10,771 nucleotides of DNA from Azolla caroliniana. Taxonomy: Eukaryota > Plantae > Polypodiophyta. A model generated the notes under the pieces. The model was not told where the DNA came from and ran no database searches. It saw only the letters and a program-made list of their open reading frames with translations. The stretch spans positions 1 to 10,771 of the forward strand of contig JBHGNT010001231.1 of NCBI GenBank assembly GCA_043228905.1, given 5' to 3'. Positions 1-8,010 of this stretch are shown one piece after another. Within the stretch, counting starts at the first letter, position 1, and every line of letters starts with the position of its first letter. The position numbers and the translations under genes were made by a program.

Positions 1-303
1 AAGCCGATCTGATGTAGGTGGGTGTACAAGGTCAAGTACAACACTGACGGCTCGGTCAACCGATACAAGGCCTGGTTAGTAGCAAAAGGTTACGCGCATC
101 AACACAGCATCAACTACGATGAGACATTTGCATCAGTCGCGAAGATGATGATCGTTCGTGTTTTGCTCTCGGTAGCTACGACAAAGGGGTGGCACTTACA
201 TCAGATGGATGTAAAGAATGCGTTCCTACAAGGTGAGCTTGAGGAACAGGTGTAAATAGTACAGCCCCCCGGATTTCACTCCGAAACGAACACTTCAGCG
301 GTC
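1..303 (+). mobile_element. Ty1/copia retrotransposon reverse transcriptase (RVT_2-type) fragment, pseudogenised and truncated
   Basis: Frame 1 reads [30 protein letters not shown]...YDETFASVAK...HQMDVKNAFLQGELEEQV*IVQPPGF...SAV, which contains the canonical copia RT motifs (YKARLVAKG, YxETFAPV, QMDVKNAFL, YMxQPPGF). There are in-frame stops at 10-12 and 253-255. Similarity ends at about 303, just before the expected CRLKKSLYGLKQ. Confidence 0.95.
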
Positions 304-344
304 AAAGCACTTCAGGCCGAGATGTGGAAGGGGCCAAAGAGCAC

Positions 345-530
345 GTCCATAAAACATGATGTGGCTCCATAATCAAGTAGGGCAGTGGTGCATATCACCC
401 GAGTCCCTATCTGCAAGCTCACCAGTACCGTAAAACCATTTCGAGATGGCGCCTCATGAGTAGAGTTGATCATCTGACTGATAGAGCCCAGTTGCATAGC
501 TCTTACTGCACCTCGGCCCTCCCGTTTCCC
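345..530 (-). pseudogene. Start of pol: retroviral-type aspartic protease N-terminus in the -1 frame relative to gag
   Basis: GKREGRGAVRAMQ...VLVSLQIG...TALLDYGATSCFMD matches the retropepsin motif ALLDSGATxxF(M/I)D with S changed to Y. The frame opens at the GGGAAAC heptamer. Confidence 0.85.
483..530 (-). promoter_or_regulatory. Putative -1 programmed ribosomal frameshift signal (G GGA AAC plus downstream stem-loop)
   Basis: The heptamer GGGAAAC (530-524) is phased G-GGA-AAC in the gag frame, and a -1 slip enters the protease frame. Downstream, AGGGCCGAGGTGCA (520-507) pairs with TGCAACTGGGCTCT (496-483) at 12 of 14 positions including one G-U. Confidence 0.8.
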
Positions 531-1762
531 GGTATGCAACTACCTTTCATCGGGCAAGAGGCCGCAAGATGTCCGGACATGCCACAATAGAAACACAAGT
601 TGTTGTCTCGTCGATGTTGTCGTTGTGCACTGGATAATGATCAGGCTCCACTTTATCCACCTCCATCGGTGTAGGTGAATCAGTGGTTGGGACTTTGTTA
701 GGGAGATATGGTAGGGTTGGAGATTGAGAGGAAGAAGGCAAAAAAGAAGACGGCCTAGGCCTTATTTTTTGGGTCGTTCACTCCTCTTGACAGAGCTTGA
801 AGATTGCTTCGTTCAGTGAGGTTGGCTTTGGAAAATTTAGTAATAAATATTTTACATCACCTCTCAATCCCCGATGGAATTGATCACGTAGGGCTTGATC
901 GCCCCACCCCACATCACAGGCAAGTTGGTAGAATCTGGAGGCGTAGGTGGAGGTTGCGCGATTAGTTTGTTGTAGGGAATAGATATTAGTCAGTGCAACT
1001 CGCCGTCGGTCTATCTCCCTGAAAGTAGCTTCAAAGTCCGTGAGAAAGGTTCGGAAATTTTCCAAAAGTTGTGCCAAGGGAGCAAACCACGCCTCCGGTG
1101 GTCCCATCAGCAGCGAACCCAAGAGACCGACCCTGTCGAACCATGTGGCATAACGATCGGGTTATAGGTGGATGAAGAGGCAGAGCTTATTAAGGAAGTC
1201 GCGTAGTCGTGCACACATTCCATCGAACTTATCGGGAAGGCTAACCTTGGGTTCATAGTAGGGTTCTTGGGATGGTGGCGGTGGGTTGAATGTGGTGGTT
1301 GGGGTACTCGAGGATTTGGCAAATTGAAGCTCAAGTAAAGATTAGCAAAGGGTAGCATTCTCGGCTTGGAGTTGTTCCAAAGCTGCAAGTATTTGGGATA
1401 GGCTAAAGTTGTGTTAAGGGAGCAAACCACACCTCCGGTGGTCCCATCAGCAGCGAACCCAAGAGACCGACCCTGTGGAACCATGTGGCATAACGATCGG
1501 GCTATAGGTGGATGACGAGGCAGAGCTTATTAAGGAAGTCGCGTAGTCGTGCACACATTCCATCGAACTTATCGGGAAGGCTAACCTTGGGTTCATAGTA
1601 GGGTTCTTGGGATGGTGGCGGTGGGTTGAATGTGGTGGTTGGGGTACTCGAGGATTTGGCAAATTGAAGCTCAAGTAAAGATTAGCGAAGGGTAGTGTTC
1701 TCGGCTTGGAGTTGTTCCAAAGCTGCAAGTATTTGGGATAGGCTATTGGCTGGATCAGACAT
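503..1762 (-). pseudogene. gag: Retrotransposon Gag (PEG10-like capsid region plus CCHC zinc knuckle), disrupted
   Basis: The true frame differs from ORF-track entries 1107-1484 and 1447-1833: MSDPANSLSQILAALEQLQAENTTLR*SLLELQ...EPKVSLPDKFDGMCARLRDFL...HL*PDRY...GSLLMGPPEAWFAPL...LQQTNRATSTYASRFYQLACDVGWGDQALRDQFHRGLRGDVK...PTPMEVD [frameshift] QRQHRRDNNLCFYCGMSGHLAASCP...PGNGRAEVQ* (TAA 505-503). It carries several premature stops, a frameshift and a 340-bp duplication. Confidence 0.9.
1065..1745. repeat. Direct tandem duplication, 2 x 340 bp, within gag
   Basis: The period is exactly 340 (gtcccatcagcagcgaaccc at 1101 and at 1441). I counted about 9 substitutions by eye and saw no indels (about 97% identity). 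Confidence 0.97.
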
Positions 1763-1809
1763 GGCTTTCGAGGTGTGGTTAGCGAAGAGGGAGAGACAAC
1801 AAAGAAGGG

Positions 1810-1819
1810 AGGTGAACAA
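1810..1819 (-). promoter_or_regulatory. Putative self-priming primer binding site (non-tRNA PBS)
   Basis: Minus-strand TTGTTCACCT starts 2 nt after the LTR end and lacks the TGG of a tRNA PBS. It is the exact complement of AGGTGAACAA (1915-1906), which begins 33 nt downstream of the first base of the TATA box. Confidence 0.65.
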
Positions 1820-1821
1820 AC

Positions 1822-2110
1822 TGTTAAGGACAAAAGGATTGGACAACCCTAAAAGTGCTACAAATACAGATTGACAAGCTAAGGAGCAAGTATCATTAAC
1901 TAGTGTTGTTCACCTTTAATTCATTCAAGGTGAACTCAAATATTTATACTAAGAGGGATGCATGCCTGTTGTGTGCATGTGATACACTAGAGCATGTATG
2001 TACGCATGCATGTGCCAAGAGTGAATAATACAATGGAGCAATTATGCTCATGATGTAAGCTACAAGGAACAATTGTGCATAGGACTGTATATTGGACATT
2101 TTAGTTAACA
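1822..2110 (-). repeat. Putative 5' LTR (289 bp) of the gypsy element
   Basis: There is a 6-bp terminal inverted repeat TGTTAA (1822-1827)...TTAACA (2105-2110) and a minus-strand TATAAATA (1948-1941). The segment ends 59 nt upstream of the gag ATG. No second LTR is in the window to confirm it. Alternative outer ends ATAACA occur at 2117 and 2130. Confidence 0.7.
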
Positions 2111-2550
2111 CATAACACTTTATTATAACACAAGAGAGATTCATGAGTTCGGATCTGGACATGACCGTTGTCATGTATGTGACAAAAATAGTTATTGCTT
2201 AAAGTTGTATTATGTACAGTCGTATGATATTGTAACTTTCATATTAGAAATGGTGCCAAATGGCATTGTAACTTCTTCATGCTTGTCTTATATAAAGGAG
2301 GCAAGTGTATTGTATACGAAATGCTTAATAGAAAGACATCTTTTGGTGATACATTGTTAATTTCTATGTTTTGATGTGTTATGTTCTATTTCCATAAATT
2401 AAGTGTCGTGTTGCTCATAGCCAATTCAGTTGTAGTCAATTTAATCATCAAATAGTTACAGTTCGGTTCATTACCAATTCTCCAACCACGATCTTTAGTG
2501 AAGGGTATTCTGTGATAGGATATCCGACCCGTGTTATTGATAGGATAACA
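2111..2550 (+). repeat. Probable 3' part of a second, unrelated LTR
   Basis: Non-coding, with TATATAAAGGAGG at 2289, a TG/T-rich U5-like tract, and a terminal GGATAACA at 2550 just before LINE coding similarity begins. No partner LTR is visible, so this is inference. Confidence 0.45.
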
Positions 2551-2555
2551 TGATG

Positions 2556-4500
2556 TATAATGGAATCAAAGGTAAGTGTCTGGGCCGAACAAAATAGTAA
2601 AACAACTTATTGATAAAATGTCTTTCGAAAACATTATAGCACCAGTGATCACCTTGTCACCCTTCCAATATTAATGGAAGAAAGTTACTTAAGAGGTAAG
2701 GGTTTATATTGTTGCGTCGTAGACTTCAAGAAAGCTTATAATATGGTGCTTCAAAGTGCCAAGTGAATAAATGTTTACGAAATGTCTTTCGAAAACACTA
2801 TAACATCATGGATCAGCAAAAAAAACGCTAGCGGGCCTACCACGCTTCGCGCCTACGTCTTTGCCAGACAGTATTTGCCAGTAGTGCCATCCCACCCGAC
2901 CTGAGGATTTAGTTTGTCCCTTGCGGGCAGGCAGTTGGTCTACCCATCCCAACATGAAACAAGTGTAAGTTGAAACGAAACCTCGGATCTTTGGATGCGC
3001 ATGGAAGAATTCAAATTCCAAGTGAATAAATGCTTGCAATTGTCGGAATCTATGAGAAGGTTACATGTTATGCGTATATGGGTGAGGAAACTTTATATTT
3101 TTTTAATAACACTATTGGTGTTAAGCAAGGATCCACACTCTCACAAATTGTATTTGGTTTTTGCATTGATGAATTAGAGCAAAAGATTGTCAAGTTTGTA
3201 AAGGAAGAAGGCATCAAAGAAGTCGCCATTGGGAATGTAGTTATCATGCTTTGTTGTATGTAGATAATGGGTACTTTTTTGCAAATACTTTTGGAGATGC
3301 ACAAAATTTTATGAGAGCGTTTGAAGAGTTTTGCATTCATACAAATTTGAGTGTCAATAATTTTAAAACAAAGATTATGCTTGTGAAAAGCCAAAATAAG
3401 AATAAGGCATGCATTATAAACAATAATGAACCAACCACATGAAGCTCTGCAAAGTTATAAACACGTAAAGCTTGAAGTTCCTCCAAATCATAGATTGAAT
3501 GAATGTGCAAGTAAGAAAGGGAGTATATTATGCATTTGACAACACTAGAAATCATGGAAATTTCAGGTGTTGAGTCCTCAAGAAATACATTTTCGATGAC
3601 ATCAATTCTTCCCTATATGGTGGAAGTATGGAGCAATAGCATCCCTAAGTCCACTTCAAAAGAGTTTGAAAATGTCCAAAAGCATTTTTTTCAAAAGTTT
3701 CTAAGTAAAAACACAACACCCTACACCCTCCTACTTCTTGAGATGGGATCACTTCCCATTGAGGTCATGGCCATGGAAAGGGTTGTCGAATACTAGATCA
3801 ATTTCCAGAACTCAAACGGGAAGCAAGCAAAAATATCCAAACGGGAAGCAAATAAGCAAATTTTTAGTTCTAGGTGGATGCAAGATATGGGGAAATGGCT
3901 TGGAAGAAGGAATGCAACACTTGCTTCATGATGCATTAATAGATTCCTCTATGATGAAGCCTTTTTGCAACATCAATGTATCATGACATGGGAAAAATAC
4001 AAAGGCTCACGCTTCACACTTTATATTACATTGTTATACCTAACTACAAAACCATGTTTTTTACCAAATGGGAAAAACCATGCACATCAATACATGCTAG
4101 AGCCCATCCTATTTTCTGGCATGTAACCCATTGTTTCCATGTGACTTGGCTCACACCCAATACAATATGAGATGGGGGCATTGGGGCACAAGTGATGAGT
4201 GTAGTCAATTATGCACGATTTACACTAAACAAGTTTGAGAGTCTAAGTATCACGCTTTGATACAGTGCTTTGCTTTTGATCTCATTCGAATAATGCTTTC
4301 CACAAATCTTCACCAAACCCAATCCTTACAAGAATTTCTCTTGAAGTCATATAATGTGCAGTCTCAATAGCAATATTCATTGGAAAAGCTCTTGAACATC
4401 AAAAATCACTACTCCCTTTCAAACGTACTACTCAAAAATGTTTCATAGGTCATTTGACCTCCAATGATGATAAGAAAATCTATCTCTGTCCCTCTCTCTC
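2556..4500 (+). mobile_element. Degenerate non-LTR retrotransposon (LINE) ORF2: RT domain, C-terminal CCHC region and 3' tail; possibly RTEX-like
   Basis: Across stops and frameshifts it reads MESKVSVWAEQ...FRKHYSTSDHLVTL...LYCCVVDFKKAYNMV (2559-2750), LWMRMEE, IGVKQGSTLSQIVFGFCIDELE, LLYVDN (decayed YADD, about 3251-3268), LSVNNFKTKIML, LLLEMGSLPIE, *LGSHPIQYEMG (4142) and CTIY...H...QC (4212-4268). It ends in a decayed (TC)n tail at 4479-4500. The clade is inferred from the RLGSHxLxxETG-like motif plus the knuckle and microsatellite tail. Confidence 0.9.
2818..2987. other. GC-rich, hairpin-rich foreign insert of about 170 bp inside the LINE (unclassified)
   Basis: GC and CpG content rise abruptly relative to the AT-rich LINE flanks. 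LINE similarity stops at about 2816 and resumes at about 2988. An A8 run marks the left edge and several short stem-loops lie inside. Confidence 0.6.
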
Positions 4501-5179
4501 CAACCAATCAAAAATAAATAATACCTCTACATTCCATGTCAAACAAATGTCAAAAAAGTGAAAGATTAAATGATTACTAAACAACCAAGGTTCCCATGAT
4601 CACTAATTCCCTTATTTGGTTTGCAAATGGCTAGTCAATTTTCAAGAAAGCAATCTGTGTTGCTTTCTTTGGATTTAACTTTTATTTACAACATGCTCCG
4701 TCATTGAACAACCAAAAACAAGCTAATGATTGAATGTTTAGTGCTCATGATGTGTGAAGATCACACATACACATTCTCTAAAAAGGTGTCTCAAATTGGA
4801 AAGGAAATCTCTATTCAATTACAAAAATACATATTAGTAGGCTTGAGAACATGCATTTTAATGTCAATGGCATCATTGGCAATGTAGCAGCAGGATGGGT
4901 GTCCATACTAAGCACAAAGGACCATTTGACGGGGATGGGACTTATGTAGAGAGCTCTCCTTTTTTTAGCCATTGGTTCTCCAGTTGATTTGAACCCAAAA
5001 TTACAAATTCACCCCATATGCCATTTATTACCCCAGGTCAAAAACCAGATATATATGATGAGGATAGGTGGTTCCACTATACATTTGTTTTTTCCTTCAC
5101 CATATACCACTAAAAAGCACAACAGACTTGGCTTGAGGATTGAAAGATAAGATACTTGCAAGAAATTTCAGTTTCCAGT

Positions 5180-7993
5180 TCACCCACACCTCCTATTTTG
5201 ACCACCAGAGCTACCATATACACCACCCCTATCATGCACGAATGGGTTTGCCTTTCCACGTGCTTCAGTCTTGGGAAGGTCCGGAAAGTCGAGAACTTGT
5301 ACAGTCCGTTGCTTCTTTGCTGAGACAACAAAAAAAGAGGGGACCTTGTTATTAGCAGTTCCCTACCAATAACCGGGAGTGCTCCACTTATTAAGGTAAT
5401 TATTACTCACCACTTTCTGCTTGTTGATACCCTTCATGCAGCTTCCTTTTGGCAACCTCTAGTTTTTGATCAACTTGACTCTTCTCGACTTTCTGAAAAT
5501 CATTCTGATTTTTCACATTGACATTTATAGAGATCTAGATAAGCATCATAACAAGAAGTTCATTCAAGAAATTTTTGTTATTCCGGAGCTTACCTTATCA
5601 ATCGATGACCTTGAATTAACATGGTCCCCACTACCATCTTTATCTGAGGTGTGCCTCCGATTTATGTTTGGTAAGCCTCGAATAGGTCTATCTTTTACCA
5701 CCGATCTATACATTAACACTACCTTTGATTCACCCAAAGGCCTTGCTGAGGTGGAAGGCTTCACAAGGGGAAGCCCACTAATATGTCTCAACCCAGTATC
5801 ATGCCAGTTAATTGACTCTCGTGCAAATGATTTGCATACTTTCTCGGTACTACCTGAAGAGTAGTTATCTCTAGTTGCACTGCCCATTTCTCCGGGGGTC
5901 CCTAAACCATTATTAAGTTTAGCATCACAATCGCTAGAGTCAGTTCGCATGACCGCTGATTGTGACCTGGATGAGCCATAGAAACTGCCATTGATGGGAG
6001 CTTCCACCTCACAGCTTTTGGTTCGTTCTTCTGTCATTAATAGACAGAATGAGAACAATGCCTGGTGAATAATCAAAATGTTCTGTAGATCGTAATGGGT
6101 GTCTTTTACACTTACGCAATCCTCCATCAAAAGAGCTGAGAAGCTGCTACAAGAATAATCCCATAGAAAAAGACTAATGAGTGCTTCATGTTTTCCAATC
6201 CAAAGTTCATTTTGATAGCAACAAAACAACACTAAAATGATCAGCTTGGGTAACAGAAGCTTTAAAATTTTACCTGTGACACCTCACTTGAGGAGGTTAT
6301 AGCTCCACCAGTAGATGGAGATGAGAAATGTGACGATGCCTTCACTGGATTTGTGGCTTTCTGCACATCTCTACACTCTGAAAAGCATTTGTCTTATTTC
6401 TCCATGCAAGAAGGTAATCTATCTATCTTTCCAGAGAAAAATGCACACATAGATTTAAGCGCAGATAGATACCCGACAATGTAATTGCACTAGCTACCGC
6501 ATGTTGATCTTCTCCAACGGTTACCCACTGATCTACTAGTAACTTCCAATATCTGCAGATAACAAACTACATGCTTAGACTTTCAATCAGAATATGGTTA
6601 TATCTACAAAATGATACCACATTGGAATTGAACTGCACGGAATGAGTTATAATTTATACTTTTATACATGCATGCATATATACACACAAGTAAATCTCGT
6701 TCACGCATTTGCAGAACAATATACAGAGAAAGATACCAGAAATACATATGGGCACACGCATATAGAGAGAGGGTAGATAAATGCATGCACAGTACAGATA
6801 TATGATGCTGCATCAAAAGAGATACATAAATGTGCACATGCCAAATGTATGTGCCAGAGCTACATATAATGTCACATGATCGGCAGCAAAGTTTGGCACT
6901 TACTTTACAAGCCTCTTGACAATAACTCGAACTTGCTTTGACGAATGTTTGCGCAAGTTATTAACTTGTCTTCCAATTTCAGTAACCTAGAAAAAAGAAG
7001 CTGAATTACACCCGATAAAGGGAAAAGAATACAAGTGATACATGTGCACTGAGAATTCAAAGAAGGCATAGAGTAGAGGGCATTGTTTCTGTTGATCCAA
7101 TTCTATTCACTGTTGTACATGTGAGTTATAAATCTTTGTTTGGCTTTCCACAAGAGAGAATTTGCTTCTATTTGTTTATGTATGACATTGTGAGAACCTC
7201 TTTGATTCAAAATGCAACATCAAACACTATGGGATCCTCACAACTACGGCTATTTCTGATAATCATCAGAAGTAACCGTATTACAACTGACAAAAGGAAG
7301 AAATGCAACACATTTCAAGTAAAAAAAGGAAGGAATAAGAGAATGGGTGGGCAACACTTCTCACACCTTCAAAGCACTGACTGTGATATTGATGTTTTCC
7401 AAGTTCTGCAATGCCGCAAGAAGAACTCTCTCTGGCTGCATGAGAAGAAGAAAAGAGAGACTGAAACGGAGATTAAACAAAGTTTAATTCTTACAATGGC
7501 AACAATTGGATTTAGGAAAAGACAACAGCTTCGCAGAAATCGATTTAGAAATTTGTGTAACGTGAAAGCAAAAAGCTCTTACTTGATTCTCGTCTTCAAT
7601 TATCTGTCTAATCTTTTCAATCTTCTGCCTTAGAAGGCCTTCTTGATCCGGATTAGAACAAGGATCGTCATCTTTAATGGCATCAAAACACATCCTTCCT
7701 TCTTTTTCTTCTGCCTCTTCAGCCTTGTTAGCTTCTCCTTTCGCTATTCCTTTTTCATCTCTGAGTTCGCCTTCTTCTAGAAGGAACTCATCGTGACCTT
7801 TCTGGGTTAATCTCTCAACAGATCTGTTGGCCATCTCATCCACAAGGGTCCTCGAGAATAATGTTTCAGCGATCTCACCTCGCTTCTTCTTGAAATCCTC
7901 AGGGTGATAGACAGCAGCCACAATGATGGCCTTCTCGATGATAGTCCAGATATCAGCGTTGCCTCTGCTGAAGAAGTTCCGCCATCGCTCCAT
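5180..7993 (-). CDS. MED26: Plant Mediator subunit 26-like (MED26a/b type) / TFIIS N-terminal (LW) domain protein; 9 coding exons, 478 aa
   Basis: Exons on the minus strand: 7993-7583, 7435-7367, 6986-6904, 6552-6473, 6377-6274, 6146-6116, 6030-5594, 5492-5411, 5319-5180. They total 1437 nt with no internal stop. All 8 introns are GT-AG with matching phases (147, 380, 351, 95, 127, 85, 101 and 91 nt). Recognised motifs: N-terminal WRNFF...DIWTIIEKAIIVAA...RGEIAETLFS; TFIIS-N domain LLAALQNLENINITVSALK/VTEIGRQVNNLRKHSSKQVRVIVKRLVK/YWKLLVDQW; C-terminal KLEVAKRKLHEGYQQAES/AKKQRTVQVLDFPDLPK. Confidence 0.92.
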
Positions 7994-8010
7994 TCGTAAA
8001 ACAAATAAAA

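Larger units (their letters stand above)
315..2110 (-). mobile_element. Ty3/gypsy LTR retrotransposon remnant (PEG10/sushi/Tcn1-like chromovirus type): 5' LTR, gag, protease N-terminus; internally deleted and 3'-truncated
   Basis: In minus-strand order: LTR-like TGTTAA...TTAACA (2110-1822), gag ATG at 1762, EPKVSLPDKFDG, PMEVD, CCHC knuckle, GGGAAAC slippery site, protease ALLDYGATSCFMD, then FGPFHISA. Gypsy identity is well supported by these motifs. The clade assignment is inference because no RT remains. Confidence 0.9.

Noticed and set aside
1065-1745. The 340-bp direct repeat as an LTR pair or TRIM
   Set aside because: The copies abut directly, are gag coding sequence, and lack TG...CA ends, PBS and PPT.
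1107-1833. ORF-track proteins 1107-1484 and 1447-1833 as a duplicated novel gene
   Set aside because: They are off-frame translations of the duplicated gag segment. The recognisable gag motifs are in another frame.
1822-2110. Solo LTR
   Set aside because: The flanks do not form a target-site duplication (CAAAC versus CATAA), and gag follows directly on the minus strand.
2901-2990. A functional hammerhead ribozyme
   Set aside because: CTGAGGA and GAAAC are present, but I could not build stem I or a proper stem III with an NUH site, and CTGAGG pairs better with CCTCGG. It is kept only as a weak hypothesis in the findings.
5564-6232. The 222-aa ORF as a stand-alone gene
   Set aside because: It has a non-ATG start and is exon 7 of the MED26-like gene plus read-through intron sequence.
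5140-7633. Plus-strand ORFs 5140-5355, 5466-5864 and 7121-7633
   Set aside because: They are antisense to MED26-like exons and introns and show no recognisable motifs.
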